Of a stretch of DNA of 64,000 bases, positions 48,341 through 57,687 are shown one piece after another (position 1 is the first letter of the stretch; each line of letters opens with the position of its first letter). The stretch comes from an uncultured Actinomycetota bacterium. GTDB lineage: Bacteria > Actinomycetota > Actinomycetes > Propionibacteriales > Nocardioidaceae. Location of the stretch: the NCBI GenBank assembly GCA_963707425.1, contig CAVPPN010000005.1, positions 128,832 to 192,831 on the forward strand, written 5' to 3'. The notes below the pieces were generated by a model. The model ran no database searches. It was not told where the DNA came from and saw only the letters and a program-made list of their open reading frames with translations. A program made the position numbers and the translations under genes.

Positions 48341-49372
48341 CTACCCGCCTCCGGAGAGCCCGGCCCCTTCGCGAGCGAGGGCGTCCAGTCTGGAGATTGC
48401 TCTGAAGTACTTCTTCCGGTAGCCGCCCTCGAGCAGAGGCGGCGCGAAGAGCTCGTCGAAAGCCACGCCGCTCGCCACGACCGGGAGGTCGCGGTCGTAC
48501 AGCCGGTCCGCGAGCACCACCAGCCGCAGGGCCACCGCCTGGTCCTCGATGGTGCGTACGTCCTCGAGGCAGACGACCGCCACCCCGTCGAGGAGCGCGC
48601 CGTACTTCGACGGGTGCACCTGTGCGAGGTGCCGGGTCAGGTCCACGAAGTGGTCGAGACTGGCGTCCGGCTCCTCCGCGCGGCGCCTCACCTCCTCGAG
48701 AGAGGGAGCTTCGGGCGCCTTGGGCAGACCCCGGTGCCGGTAGTCCTCCCCGTCGATGCGGACCGACTCGAACGAGGCGGCGAGCCCCTGGATCTCACGC
48801 ATGAAGTCGGAGGTGGCGAAGCGCCCCTCCCCCAGCTTGCCCGGCAGGGTGTTGGAGGTCGCGGCGAGGCGTACGCCGCCCTCCCTCAGGCTGCGCAGCA
48901 GGGTCGAGACGAGCACCGTGTCGCCCGGGTCGTCGAGCTCGAACTCGTCCACGCAGACGAGCTGGTACGACGACAGTGCGCCGACTGCCTCGTGGAAGCC
49001 GAGCGCCCCCACGAGGTGGGTGAGCTCGACGAACGTGGCGAACAGCTTCGGGCCGGGCGCGGCATGCCACAGGGAGGCGAGCAGGTGCGTCTTGCCGACG
49101 CCATAGCCGCCGTCGAGGTACACCCCGCCGGGGCCAGAGATCTCACTCGACCGCTTGCTCGGCCATCTCAGGGGCCCCCGCCTCTTCGCAGGCTGGTTCA
49201 GGACACCGCCGAAGTCCCGCAGGAACGTGACCGCCTCGGCCTGCGACGGCTGCGCCGGGTCGGGCTGGTAGGAGTCGAAGCTGACGTCCGCGAAGCGCGG
49301 CGGCGGCACGAGTTCCGAGAGCAGCCGGTCCTTCGAGACCCTGGGGTTGCGGTCGCAGAGTCGAATCGGCAT
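48341..49372 (-). CDS. zapE: cell division protein ZapE (AFG1-like ATPase)
   Basis: 343-aa ORF. GGVYLDGGYGVGKTHLL Walker A, LVCVDEFELDD Walker B. Confidence 0.85.
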   Translation of the reverse strand: MPIRLCDRNPRVSKDRLLSELVPPPRFADVSFDSYQPDPAQPSQAEAVTFLRDFGGVLNQPAKRRGPLRWPSKRSSEISGPGGVYLDGGYGVGKTHLLASLWHAAPGPKLFATFVELTHLVGALGFHEAVGALSSYQLVCVDEFELDDPGDTVLVSTLLRSLREGGVRLAATSNTLPGKLGEGRFATSDFMREIQGLAASFESVRIDGEDYRHRGLPKAPEAPSLEEVRRRAEEPDASLDHFVDLTRHLAQVHPSKYGALLDGVAVVCLEDVRTIEDQAVALRLVVLADRLYDRDLPVVASGVAFDELFAPPLLEGGYRKKYFRAISRLDALAREGAGLSGGG

Positions 49373-49408
49373 CGGGCAAGAGTAACGGGAGCCAACTACG
49401 CTGCCTTC

Positions 49409-50518
49409 ATGCGTCTACCCGTGATGCCGCCTGTCCTGCCGATGCTGGCGAAGTCGGTGAAGGGCGTCCCGGACCCGGCCGGCTTCCCGAACGACACCCA
49501 CCCCGGGTTGTCCTTCGAGCCGAAGTGGGACGGGTTCCGGTGCATCGTGTTCCGCGACGGCGACGAGGTCGAGCTCGCCAGCCGGAACACAAAGCCGCTC
49601 ACCCGCTACTTCCCCGAGGTCGTCGAGGCCCTGAAGGCATCCCTCCCCGACCGCTGTGTCGTGGACGGCGAGATCTTCGTGGCGATCGGCGAGCGCCTCG
49701 AGTTCGAGCGTCTGCAGGAACGGATCCACCCCGCGGTCTCGCGGGTGAACCTCCTGGCGGAGCAGACACCGGCGTCGTTCGTCGCGTTCGACCTCCTCGC
49801 CTTCGACGACCAGTCCCTGATGAAGGAGCCGTTCGCGGTCCGTCGTACCCGCCTGGAGGAGGTGCTGGTCGACGCCACGCCGCCGGTGCACATCACGCAG
49901 ACGACCACCGACGTGGACCTCGCGACGGACTGGTTCTCGCAGTTCGAGGGCGCCGGGCTCGACGGCCTGGTCGCCAAGCCCCTCGCGGCGTCGTACCAGC
50001 CCAACACCCGCACCATGCTCAAGATCAAGCACGAGCGGACCGCCGACGTGGTGCTGGCGGGGTACCGGCCGCACAAGACCTCGACGCCGGAGAAGCCGCT
50101 ACTCGGCTCGCTGCTGCTCGGGCTGTACGACGGCCGGGGGACGCTGCAGCACGTCGGGGTGTCGGCCGCGTTCAGCGCCAAGCGGCGCGCCGAGCTCGTC
50201 GAGGAGCTGACGCCGCTCGAGATCGACCCCGGCGCGCACCCCTGGGGGGCCTGGGCCACCGCCGAGCACCACAACGTCACGGGTGACCGTCTGCCCGGCG
50301 CGCAGAGCCGGTGGAGCGCGGGAAAGGACCTGTCGTTCGTGGCGCTCGACCCGGTGCGGGTGCTCGAGGTCGGATACGACCACATGGAGGGCACGAGGTT
50401 CCGGCACACCGCGCAGTTCAAGCGCTGGAGGCCCGACCGGGACCCGGAGTCGTGCGGCTACGAACAGCTCGAGGAGCCGGTCGGGTACGACCTCGCCAAG
50501 GTGCTCGGAACACAGTGA
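49409..50518 (+). CDS. ligC: ATP-dependent DNA ligase (LigC-type)
   Basis: Within ORF 47984..50518. ATG 49409. Adenylation motif FEPKWDGFRC, DGEIF, LDGLVAK, KIKHERTAD. Confidence 0.85.
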   Translation: MRLPVMPPVLPMLAKSVKGVPDPAGFPNDTHPGLSFEPKWDGFRCIVFRDGDEVELASRNTKPLTRYFPEVVEALKASLPDRCVVDGEIFVAIGERLEFERLQERIHPAVSRVNLLAEQTPASFVAFDLLAFDDQSLMKEPFAVRRTRLEEVLVDATPPVHITQTTTDVDLATDWFSQFEGAGLDGLVAKPLAASYQPNTRTMLKIKHERTADVVLAGYRPHKTSTPEKPLLGSLLLGLYDGRGTLQHVGVSAAFSAKRRAELVEELTPLEIDPGAHPWGAWATAEHHNVTGDRLPGAQSRWSAGKDLSFVALDPVRVLEVGYDHMEGTRFRHTAQFKRWRPDRDPESCGYEQLEEPVGYDLAKVLGTQ

Positions 50519-50562
50519 GCCTGAGCCGTTCCCGCGGGCCTCGCGGGCAGTAGTCTCATGTC

Positions 50563-51111
50563 ATGACCGAAGCGATGACGACGTATGACGTGGTCCTGCT
50601 CATCGAGCAGCCACTGTCCACCCAGGACGCGCGACAGGTCCGCGGACTCCACGAGGACTTCGAGGCCCATGTCCGCTACCACGTGCTGCTCCCGGTCGAG
50701 GACGCAGCGGCCAGGGTCGAGTCGGCCATGGGTTCGCTGGCCGCGAGCGAGGTGCTTGCCTCGCCCGCTCTGGTCATGAGCGACATGGACCTCGACGACG
50801 TGCAGCGCGAGCTGCTCGACCGTGCCCGCGAGGACCTGAACGCCTGCCTCGAGCGCCTGACCGAGGTCGGCGCCGACGCGGTCGGTGAGATCGTCAGCGT
50901 CGACCCGATCGACGCCCTGGCCGCGAAGGTCAAGGAGATCGACGGCCGCGAGGCGATCATCCTGACCCGTCCGCACGTGGTCTCGGAGTTCTTCCACCTC
51001 GACTGGACGTCCCGGGCCCGGCGCAAGATCGGCGTTCCGGTGCTGCACCTGCTCGAGCGTGAGACCTTCGACGAGCAGGCCGGAGGCGGCGAGGGCGTCA
51101 GCGGGGTGTAG
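50563..51111 (+). CDS. hypothetical protein
   Basis: 182-aa ORF with coding-like codon bias. No motif recognised. Confidence 0.55.
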   Translation: MTEAMTTYDVVLLIEQPLSTQDARQVRGLHEDFEAHVRYHVLLPVEDAAARVESAMGSLAASEVLASPALVMSDMDLDDVQRELLDRAREDLNACLERLTEVGADAVGEIVSVDPIDALAAKVKEIDGREAIILTRPHVVSEFFHLDWTSRARRKIGVPVLHLLERETFDEQAGGGEGVSGV

Positions 51112-51138
51112 CCGGGACTGGCCCGCTACTGGGCCGCC

Positions 51139-53928
51139 TCACCATCGGACCAGCCCCCAGATGCCGGCACGGGGTTCCTCCTGCGCTCCGATCTCGGCAA
51201 AGATCTCGACGGCCGCCTTGAGGTGTGCCATCGCGTCCTCCGACCGGCCGGAGGCGTGCAAGAGGTCGGCAAGGTTGTTGTGCAGGGCCGCTTCATGATG
51301 TCGGTCCCCCATGGCCGTGCACAGTTCCAGCGCCGCGAACGTCAGGTCGATCGCGCTGCCGAGCTCGTGGCGGGCTCGATGGGCCAGCGCCAGGTTGTTC
51401 AGCGCGGCCACCCGCAGGTCCTGGTCCCCCTCCTGGTCGGCCAGCTCCCGGCTGCGGCCAAGGCTCTCCAAGGCCCCCTCGGTGTCCCCATGGGCAGTGG
51501 CCAGCATCCCCAGCAGGTTGTACGCCTGACACAGGGCCCGGGGGTCACCGGCCTTCTCTGCCAGCGACCGGGCCCGAGCCGCGAGGAGCTGAGCCCTGGA
51601 CCCGTCGCCGAGAGAGTGCGCGGCCAGGCTGAGGTCCGCCGTGATGCCTGAACGGGTCGAGGGGTCCGCGTCGGCGGCCGCCGACAGCGCTGCCTCGAGA
51701 TGTGCCTCTGCCAGGGCGAACTCGCCGCGGCGATGCTGCAGGCGGCCGAGCCGTCGCTCGACCGCAGGCACCTCGCCGGGATCGCAGCCGGCGGCGGCGG
51801 TCTCGAGAGTGAGCATCGCTCCGCTGTAGTCCCCCATCACGGTCTGCAGGTCGCCGATCGCGGTCTGCAGCTGGGTCCGGTCGGGGTGTCCCAGCGCCAG
51901 TGCCGTTCGGAAGTGCTCGAGCGCTTCGGCGTTGGCGAACACCTCCCGGGCCAGCTCGCCGGCGACGCGGAAGGCGCGGGCGGCCTCCTCGTCCCGACCG
52001 GCCAGCTGGAGGTGCCGGGCCACGGAGGCCGGCGGCGAGCCAGGCACCCGGGTAGCCCTTCCGTGCAGCAGCCGTCGACGCGCGAGGCTGGTCTCGTCGT
52101 ACACCACCGCCCGAAGCAGGTCGTGGGCGAAGTCGTAGTCGTACCTGCCCTCGACGACGAGCCCGCGCCCGACGAGCTCCTCGAGCGCCGTCACGGTCTC
52201 CTCGTCGGTGCGCCCACTCACGGCGCGCAGTGCCTCCGCGTCGAAGGACCGGCCGAGTACGGCGGCGGCGGACAGGACCTGCCGACCTGTCTCGCTCACC
52301 GGGTCGAGCCGGCCCCGCAGCAGCGCGCGCACGCCGGTCGGAAGCGGCCACTCGTCCTCCACGCCAGGTGTGCGGAGGTACTCGACGAGCAGCAGCGGGA
52401 CGCCCTCGGTCTTCTCCCAGAGACGCCGGACGGCGGCCGGGTCCCGGTCCCCGGCCCTGGCTGCGTGCACCATCGCCATTACGGCTTCCGGTCCCAACCG
52501 CTCGAGGTGGACCACGGCCCCTTCCCCGGCTCGGACGACCGTGGTGAGGGCACGACGGAGGGGGTGGTCGTGCGGGGTTCGCCAGGTGAGAAGGACCAGC
52601 AACGGTCGGCCGGCCAACCGGCGCAGTCCGTAGGTCAGCAGCCCGAGCGTCGCATCGTCGGCCCACTGCACGTCGTCGATGAACAGCGCTCCGGGGCCGC
52701 TGCCACTCGCGGCCGCGACGAGGGTGTCCCAGACGCCGGACAGGAAGCGGGTCTCGGCGCCAGGCCACTCGAGCGACGGAGCAGGGTCGACCGACCGGCC
52801 GACCCCGAGCTCTGGCACGAGGCGGACCGCCTCCCCCAGGGCGCGGACCTCGACGCCGGCCAGCCAGTCGTCGCCGACGCGGAGCCTGCTGCGCAGGGCC
52901 TCCACGACGGAGGCGTAGGCGAGGCCGGCCTCGTCCTCGTACGCTCGTCCGACCAGGACACGGCCGCTGTGGCCGCGCACCCAGGAGAGCAGCTCCTCCG
53001 CGAGCCGGGTCTTGCCGATTCCCGCCTCTCCCTCGATCAGGACCAAGCGGCCGTCCGCGCCGATCGCGTCGTACACGGCTCGAAGCGCAGCCAGGTCCTC
53101 CGTTCGTCCGACGAACGGTGATGCCATCGGCTCCGCCTCCGGGGCGGTCGCCGTGACGGCAGCCTGTCTCGGCGCCGCGTATGTTCCTCGGCTGATCCCC
53201 TCGTAGAGCTCCGTCGTCTCCGACAGCGGCGGCACGCCGAGCTCGCGGGAGAGGGTTCTGACGCACTCGCGGTACTGCGTGAGTGCAGCGGCCCGGTCCC
53301 CGGTCGCGGCGTACAGCCGGATCAACGCCTGATGGGCCGGCTCGTGCAGCGGGTCGATCGCGAGCCATCGCCGTGCGGACAGCAGGGCGGCGGTCAGGTC
53401 CCCCACCGCCTCGCGCTCCTGTGTCATGGCTGCGAGCGCGGCGGTGAGCTGGCGACGCAGACCGTCGCCCTCGAGCTGTACCCAGTCCTCGAAGCCGGGC
53501 GCCTGTCGTACGGCGAAACCCTCGAGGAAGTCACCCCGGAACAGGTCGACGGCCCGCTGCAGGTCCCCGCGCCTGCAGAGCTCGCGGAAACGGTCGACGT
53601 CCACGTCGATACCAGGGCCCTTGACCAGGCGCACATGGTCGCGGGTCGCCTCGACCAGCTCCGCCCCGATCGCGTCACGCAGCGCTGACAAGGTGCGCCG
53701 CAGGGCGCCGCGGGCATGTTCCGGGTCGTTGTCCGGCCAGAGCAGGTCCGCCAACGCGTCTCGGGTGCGCGATCTGTCGGTGACGGTCAGGAGCGCGAGC
53801 AGGGCCACGGCCTTGCGGGTGTCGAATGCGACGAGTTCCCCGTCCCGCATCACACGCGGGGGGCCCAGAAGGCTGACCTCGATCACCTGGGCCATCCGTT
53901 CCCGACCGGCCATGACACCGGTCGCCAA
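51139..53928 (-). CDS. SARP/AfsR-type regulator (winged-helix + BTAD + P-loop NTPase + TPR)
   Basis: 929-aa ORF. LLGPPRVMRDGELVAFDTRKAVALLALL, BTAD region, GEAGIGKTRL, and C-terminal TPR-like repeats. The start may instead be ATG 53895. Confidence 0.85.
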   Translation of the reverse strand: MATGVMAGRERMAQVIEVSLLGPPRVMRDGELVAFDTRKAVALLALLTVTDRSRTRDALADLLWPDNDPEHARGALRRTLSALRDAIGAELVEATRDHVRLVKGPGIDVDVDRFRELCRRGDLQRAVDLFRGDFLEGFAVRQAPGFEDWVQLEGDGLRRQLTAALAAMTQEREAVGDLTAALLSARRWLAIDPLHEPAHQALIRLYAATGDRAAALTQYRECVRTLSRELGVPPLSETTELYEGISRGTYAAPRQAAVTATAPEAEPMASPFVGRTEDLAALRAVYDAIGADGRLVLIEGEAGIGKTRLAEELLSWVRGHSGRVLVGRAYEDEAGLAYASVVEALRSRLRVGDDWLAGVEVRALGEAVRLVPELGVGRSVDPAPSLEWPGAETRFLSGVWDTLVAAASGSGPGALFIDDVQWADDATLGLLTYGLRRLAGRPLLVLLTWRTPHDHPLRRALTTVVRAGEGAVVHLERLGPEAVMAMVHAARAGDRDPAAVRRLWEKTEGVPLLLVEYLRTPGVEDEWPLPTGVRALLRGRLDPVSETGRQVLSAAAVLGRSFDAEALRAVSGRTDEETVTALEELVGRGLVVEGRYDYDFAHDLLRAVVYDETSLARRRLLHGRATRVPGSPPASVARHLQLAGRDEEAARAFRVAGELAREVFANAEALEHFRTALALGHPDRTQLQTAIGDLQTVMGDYSGAMLTLETAAAGCDPGEVPAVERRLGRLQHRRGEFALAEAHLEAALSAAADADPSTRSGITADLSLAAHSLGDGSRAQLLAARARSLAEKAGDPRALCQAYNLLGMLATAHGDTEGALESLGRSRELADQEGDQDLRVAALNNLALAHRARHELGSAIDLTFAALELCTAMGDRHHEAALHNNLADLLHASGRSEDAMAHLKAAVEIFAEIGAQEEPRAGIWGLVRW

Positions 53929-54008
53929 TAGGGCGTCGTAACGATTCCCGAACGGCGGATCTCGAACCTACTGTAGAACGAGTCCGGTGGAGGGAGGTCG
54001 CATCTCCG

Positions 54009-55187
54009 ATGTGCCCTCGGCGCAGTCGCAGCGCTTCTGTCCTCGCCTGGTCCCTTTGGGGCCTGTGGGTGGCGTTGTCGGCTTTGATCGTCTGGCTGAC
54101 CCTGCCTGAGCCGACTGACGAAGCGTTCGAGGTCGCACTGGTGGGTTTCGCCACCGTCGGTGCCCTCGTGGCCGCACGACAGCCGCGAAACGCCTTGGGT
54201 TGGATGCTGCTCGCGTTCGCCCTTGTGCTCGCACTCCAAACGGCGGCTGACGTCTACGCGAGCACGGAGTCCTACCCCGGGTACCTGGCTGCCGCCTGGT
54301 TTGCGACGTGGGTCTGGTACGTCTGGGTGCTGCTCATCCTGGTCTTCGTCCCGCTGGTGTTCCCTGACGGGCACCTGCTCTCTCGGCGTTGGCGACCCGT
54401 CGCGTGGCTCGGGGGCGCCGCGATGGTGGCAAGCATCGTCGGGGCCGCGTTCAAGCCAGGCGAGCTGGACGTGTCCGCGGTGATAACGAACCCGCTCGCT
54501 GTGAGCGGAGGCGCCGGCGACGTCTTCGCAACCCTCGAGAGCACGGGGACTGTCCTCCTCGCCCTTGCTGTCCTCCTGACGGCTGGGTCGCTCATTGTCC
54601 GCTTCCGGCGCTCGCGTGGCGTGGAACGTCAGCAGCTGAAGTGGTTCGCGTTCGCGGGACTGCTGGTGTTGGGGGGCTGGACACTGGCGGCGGTCGATGC
54701 ACTGGTGGAAAGCGCATGGTCGGAGCCTGTCGGATCTGTGGGCTGGACGATGTTCATGTTGGCGAGCATCCTCGGGATTCCGGGGGCGACCGGGATCGCG
54801 ATCTTCCGATACCGGCTCTATGACATCGACCTGGTCATCAACCGCACCCTGGTCTACGGCGTGCTGACGGTGGCACTGGTAACGACGTACGTCGGCTCGG
54901 TGCTCGTACTGCGGCTGGTGCTGAGCCCGATCACAGGAGACTCCGCCCTCGCGGTCGCGGGATCGACGCTGGCGGTCGCGGCGCTCTTCCGTCCCGCCAG
55001 GAGACGCATCCAGGATGTGGTCGACCGGCGGTTCTACCGGCGACGCTACGACGCCGCCAGGATCCTGGACGAGTTCGCGAACCGGCTGCGCCACGAGCTG
55101 GACCTCGACGCGGTCGGCGCCGACCTGTGCGCGGCCACCGTAGCGACCCTCCAGCCCACACACGTCTCCCTCTGGGTCCGACCATGA
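54009..55187 (+). CDS. sensor-like polytopic membrane protein, paralog 1 of 4
   Basis: 392 aa, ~10 hydrophobic helices. Blocks RQPRNALGW, FPDGHLLSRRWRPVAWL, RFRRSRGVERQQLKW, LYDIDLVINRTLVYG, RFYRRRYDA. Ends SLWVRP-stop with a CCATGA junction. Confidence 0.8.
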   Translation: MCPRRSRSASVLAWSLWGLWVALSALIVWLTLPEPTDEAFEVALVGFATVGALVAARQPRNALGWMLLAFALVLALQTAADVYASTESYPGYLAAAWFATWVWYVWVLLILVFVPLVFPDGHLLSRRWRPVAWLGGAAMVASIVGAAFKPGELDVSAVITNPLAVSGGAGDVFATLESTGTVLLALAVLLTAGSLIVRFRRSRGVERQQLKWFAFAGLLVLGGWTLAAVDALVESAWSEPVGSVGWTMFMLASILGIPGATGIAIFRYRLYDIDLVINRTLVYGVLTVALVTTYVGSVLVLRLVLSPITGDSALAVAGSTLAVAALFRPARRRIQDVVDRRFYRRRYDAARILDEFANRLRHELDLDAVGADLCAATVATLQPTHVSLWVRP

Positions 55188-56449
55188 GTGCCACCTCGGA
55201 CCGCACGCCGCCGACCTCGGGCTCGGGCATGGTCCACCGCCCGGTCGCCGACGTGGAGCTCGACACGGGAACGGTTGCGACCCGTCGCAGCGCCTCGGTC
55301 CTGGCATGGTCCCTGTGGGGGCTATGGGTGGCGTTGTCAGCGCTGACTCTGTGGCTGGCCCTGCATCGGGGCGCGCCAAGCGCAGGTTTCGGCCTGCTCG
55401 TCGTCGGGGTGGTCACGGTCGGGGCCATCGTGGGCTCACGTCGCCCCCGCAACGCGGTGGGATGGCTGCTGCTCGCACTCGCGCTGACCTTCACTCTCGG
55501 GGCCGTCGGCGACGCCTACGTGTCGACACGGCCGCACACCGGCTACCTCGCTGTGGCGTGGGTGGTCGGGTGGCTGTGGTACGTGTGGCTGTTCCTCATC
55601 GGGATCTTCGTCCCGCTCGTGTTCCCCGACGGGCACCTGCTCTCGCGACGCTGGCGACCCGTCCTCTGGCTCGGGGTCGCGGCGCTGGTGGCGTGCGTCG
55701 TGGGGGCCGCGTTCAAGTCGGGCGAAATGGAGGTAACAGGGTCGGTCCAGAACCCCCTGGCCGCACCCGGCGTCGCAGGCGAGGCGTTCAGTGCCCTCGA
55801 GACCCTGGGTGGGGTTCTCCTCGTGGTGGCGGTTCTACTCACGACCACGTCGCTCGTTCTTCGCTTCCGGCGCTCCCACGGCGTCGAGCGCCAGCAGCTG
55901 AAGTGGTTCGCGTTCGCGGGCATGCTCGTAGTGGTGGGCCTGACCCTGGCCGCGACCGATGACCTGCTGCCGGGAGCTTGGACCGTTCCTGTCGGAGGGG
56001 TGGGCTGGAGCATGTTCCTCTTCGGGTGCGTTGTCGGAATTCCCGTAGCGACGGGCATCGCGATCTTCCGGCACCACCTCTACGACATCGACGTGGTCAT
56101 CAACCGCACCCTGGTCTATGGGTCGCTCACCGTGATGCTCGGCGCTACGTACGTCGGCTCCGTGCTCCTGCTCGAGCTGGTCCTGAACCCCCTGACGCAC
56201 AACTCCGACCTGGCGATCGCGGCCTCGACGTTGGCGGTGGCTGCCCTCTTCCGCCCCGCGAGAACACGCATCCAGGCCGGGGTGGACCGGCGGTTCTACC
56301 GACGGCGGTACGACGCTTCCCGGACCCTGGACGACTTCGCGAACCGGCTGCGGCACGAGCTGGACCTCGATGCCGTGGGCACTGACCTCTGCGCGGCCGC
56401 CGAGGAGACCGTGCAGCCGTCCCACGTCTCCCTCTGGATCCGGCCATGA
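55184..56449 (+). CDS. sensor-like polytopic membrane protein, paralog 2 of 4
   Basis: Within ORF 55127..56449. ATG 55184 overlaps the paralog 1 stop (ATGA). Same blocks; ends SLWIRP-stop with a CCATGA junction. Confidence 0.8.
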   Translation: MSATSDRTPPTSGSGMVHRPVADVELDTGTVATRRSASVLAWSLWGLWVALSALTLWLALHRGAPSAGFGLLVVGVVTVGAIVGSRRPRNAVGWLLLALALTFTLGAVGDAYVSTRPHTGYLAVAWVVGWLWYVWLFLIGIFVPLVFPDGHLLSRRWRPVLWLGVAALVACVVGAAFKSGEMEVTGSVQNPLAAPGVAGEAFSALETLGGVLLVVAVLLTTTSLVLRFRRSHGVERQQLKWFAFAGMLVVVGLTLAATDDLLPGAWTVPVGGVGWSMFLFGCVVGIPVATGIAIFRHHLYDIDVVINRTLVYGSLTVMLGATYVGSVLLLELVLNPLTHNSDLAIAASTLAVAALFRPARTRIQAGVDRRFYRRRYDASRTLDDFANRLRHELDLDAVGTDLCAAAEETVQPSHVSLWIRP

Positions 56450-57687
56450 CGACCCCGTCAGACCGCGCTCTGCGGCGGACGGCCTGGGTGGTGGCCTCGT
56501 TCGTGCCCGCCATGACCGTCGTCGGAGCGGCGTTGACGTTCGCGGAGCCGCCCGTCGGCAACTCGTGGGGAGACTTTGTGGGCGAGCTGGCCTTCCTCGT
56601 CGTCGTAGCGACTTTCCCGCTCGTCGGTCTACTCATCTTGCGACGTCAACCACGCAACACGGTCGGTTGGCTGCTTCAGGGCGTCGGTTTCCTCTGGGGG
56701 CTTTCCATGGTGGCCGACATCTACGCCACCTATGGGCTCCTGGTGGACCCGGGCTCGCTGCCGGGTGCCGATGTCGTAGAGGGAGCCGCTCAAGGAAGCT
56801 GGGCGCCCGGGATCGGGCTGATGGGAACCTTCCTGATCCTCCTCTACCCCGACGGGCACCTGCCGACGCCGCGTTGGCGACCGGTCGCCTGGCTCTCCGC
56901 GGTGACCATCGTCGTCGTCACCACCACCATCGCGCTCCTGCCCGGGCGGATGGACGAGAGCGCCGTGCCTGACACGAGGAACCCGATCGGTCTGGAGGGA
57001 GCCGCGCCGGTTCTCGACGTCGTGCTGGCCGTCTTCCTGCCGCTCCTGCCGCTGTGCATCCTTGCATGCGCGGTCTCGCTGGTACGGCGCTTCCGTCGCT
57101 CACACGGCGTCGAGCGGTTGCAGCTGAAGTGGCTCGCGACAGCAGGAGCCGTCGTTGCCGTCCTGTACCTGCTCACCATGGCTGGGTCCTTCCTCACCGC
57201 AACCACCGCCTTCGCTGACGGGTCACCTCTCTGGGTCACGACGCTCCAGACCGTGTCGATCCTGTCGTTCGCGCTCCTGCCCGTGGCAATCGGCATCGCC
57301 GTTCTCCGGCATGGTCTCTACGGCATCGACGTCGTCATCAACCGCACCCTGGTGTACGGGTCGCTGACCGTGACGCTCGCCGGGGTGTACGTCGGATCGG
57401 TGCTCCTCCTGCAGCTGGTCCTGAGCCCTGTGACCAGCCAGTCCGACCTTGCTGTCGCAGGCTCGACCCTGGTGGTCGCGGCACTGTTCCGCCCCGCCCG
57501 GACACGGATCCAGAGCGCAGTGGACCAGCGGTTCTACAGGAGCCGGTACGACGCTGCTCGAACACTCGAGGCCTTCACGTCCCGCCTCCGGCACGAGCTC
57601 GACCTCGACGCGGTGGGCAACGACCTGCGCACCACCGTCGACGAGACCGTGCAGCCGGCCCATCTCTCCCTGTGGCTACGACCATGA
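56446..57687 (+). CDS. sensor-like polytopic membrane protein, paralog 3 of 4
   Basis: 413 aa. Same blocks (RQPRNTVGW, YPDGHLPTPRWRPVAWL, RFRRSHGVERLQLKW). Ends SLWLRP-stop with a CCATGA junction. Confidence 0.8.
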   Translation: MTTPSDRALRRTAWVVASFVPAMTVVGAALTFAEPPVGNSWGDFVGELAFLVVVATFPLVGLLILRRQPRNTVGWLLQGVGFLWGLSMVADIYATYGLLVDPGSLPGADVVEGAAQGSWAPGIGLMGTFLILLYPDGHLPTPRWRPVAWLSAVTIVVVTTTIALLPGRMDESAVPDTRNPIGLEGAAPVLDVVLAVFLPLLPLCILACAVSLVRRFRRSHGVERLQLKWLATAGAVVAVLYLLTMAGSFLTATTAFADGSPLWVTTLQTVSILSFALLPVAIGIAVLRHGLYGIDVVINRTLVYGSLTVTLAGVYVGSVLLLQLVLSPVTSQSDLAVAGSTLVVAALFRPARTRIQSAVDQRFYRSRYDAARTLEAFTSRLRHELDLDAVGNDLRTTVDETVQPAHLSLWLRP

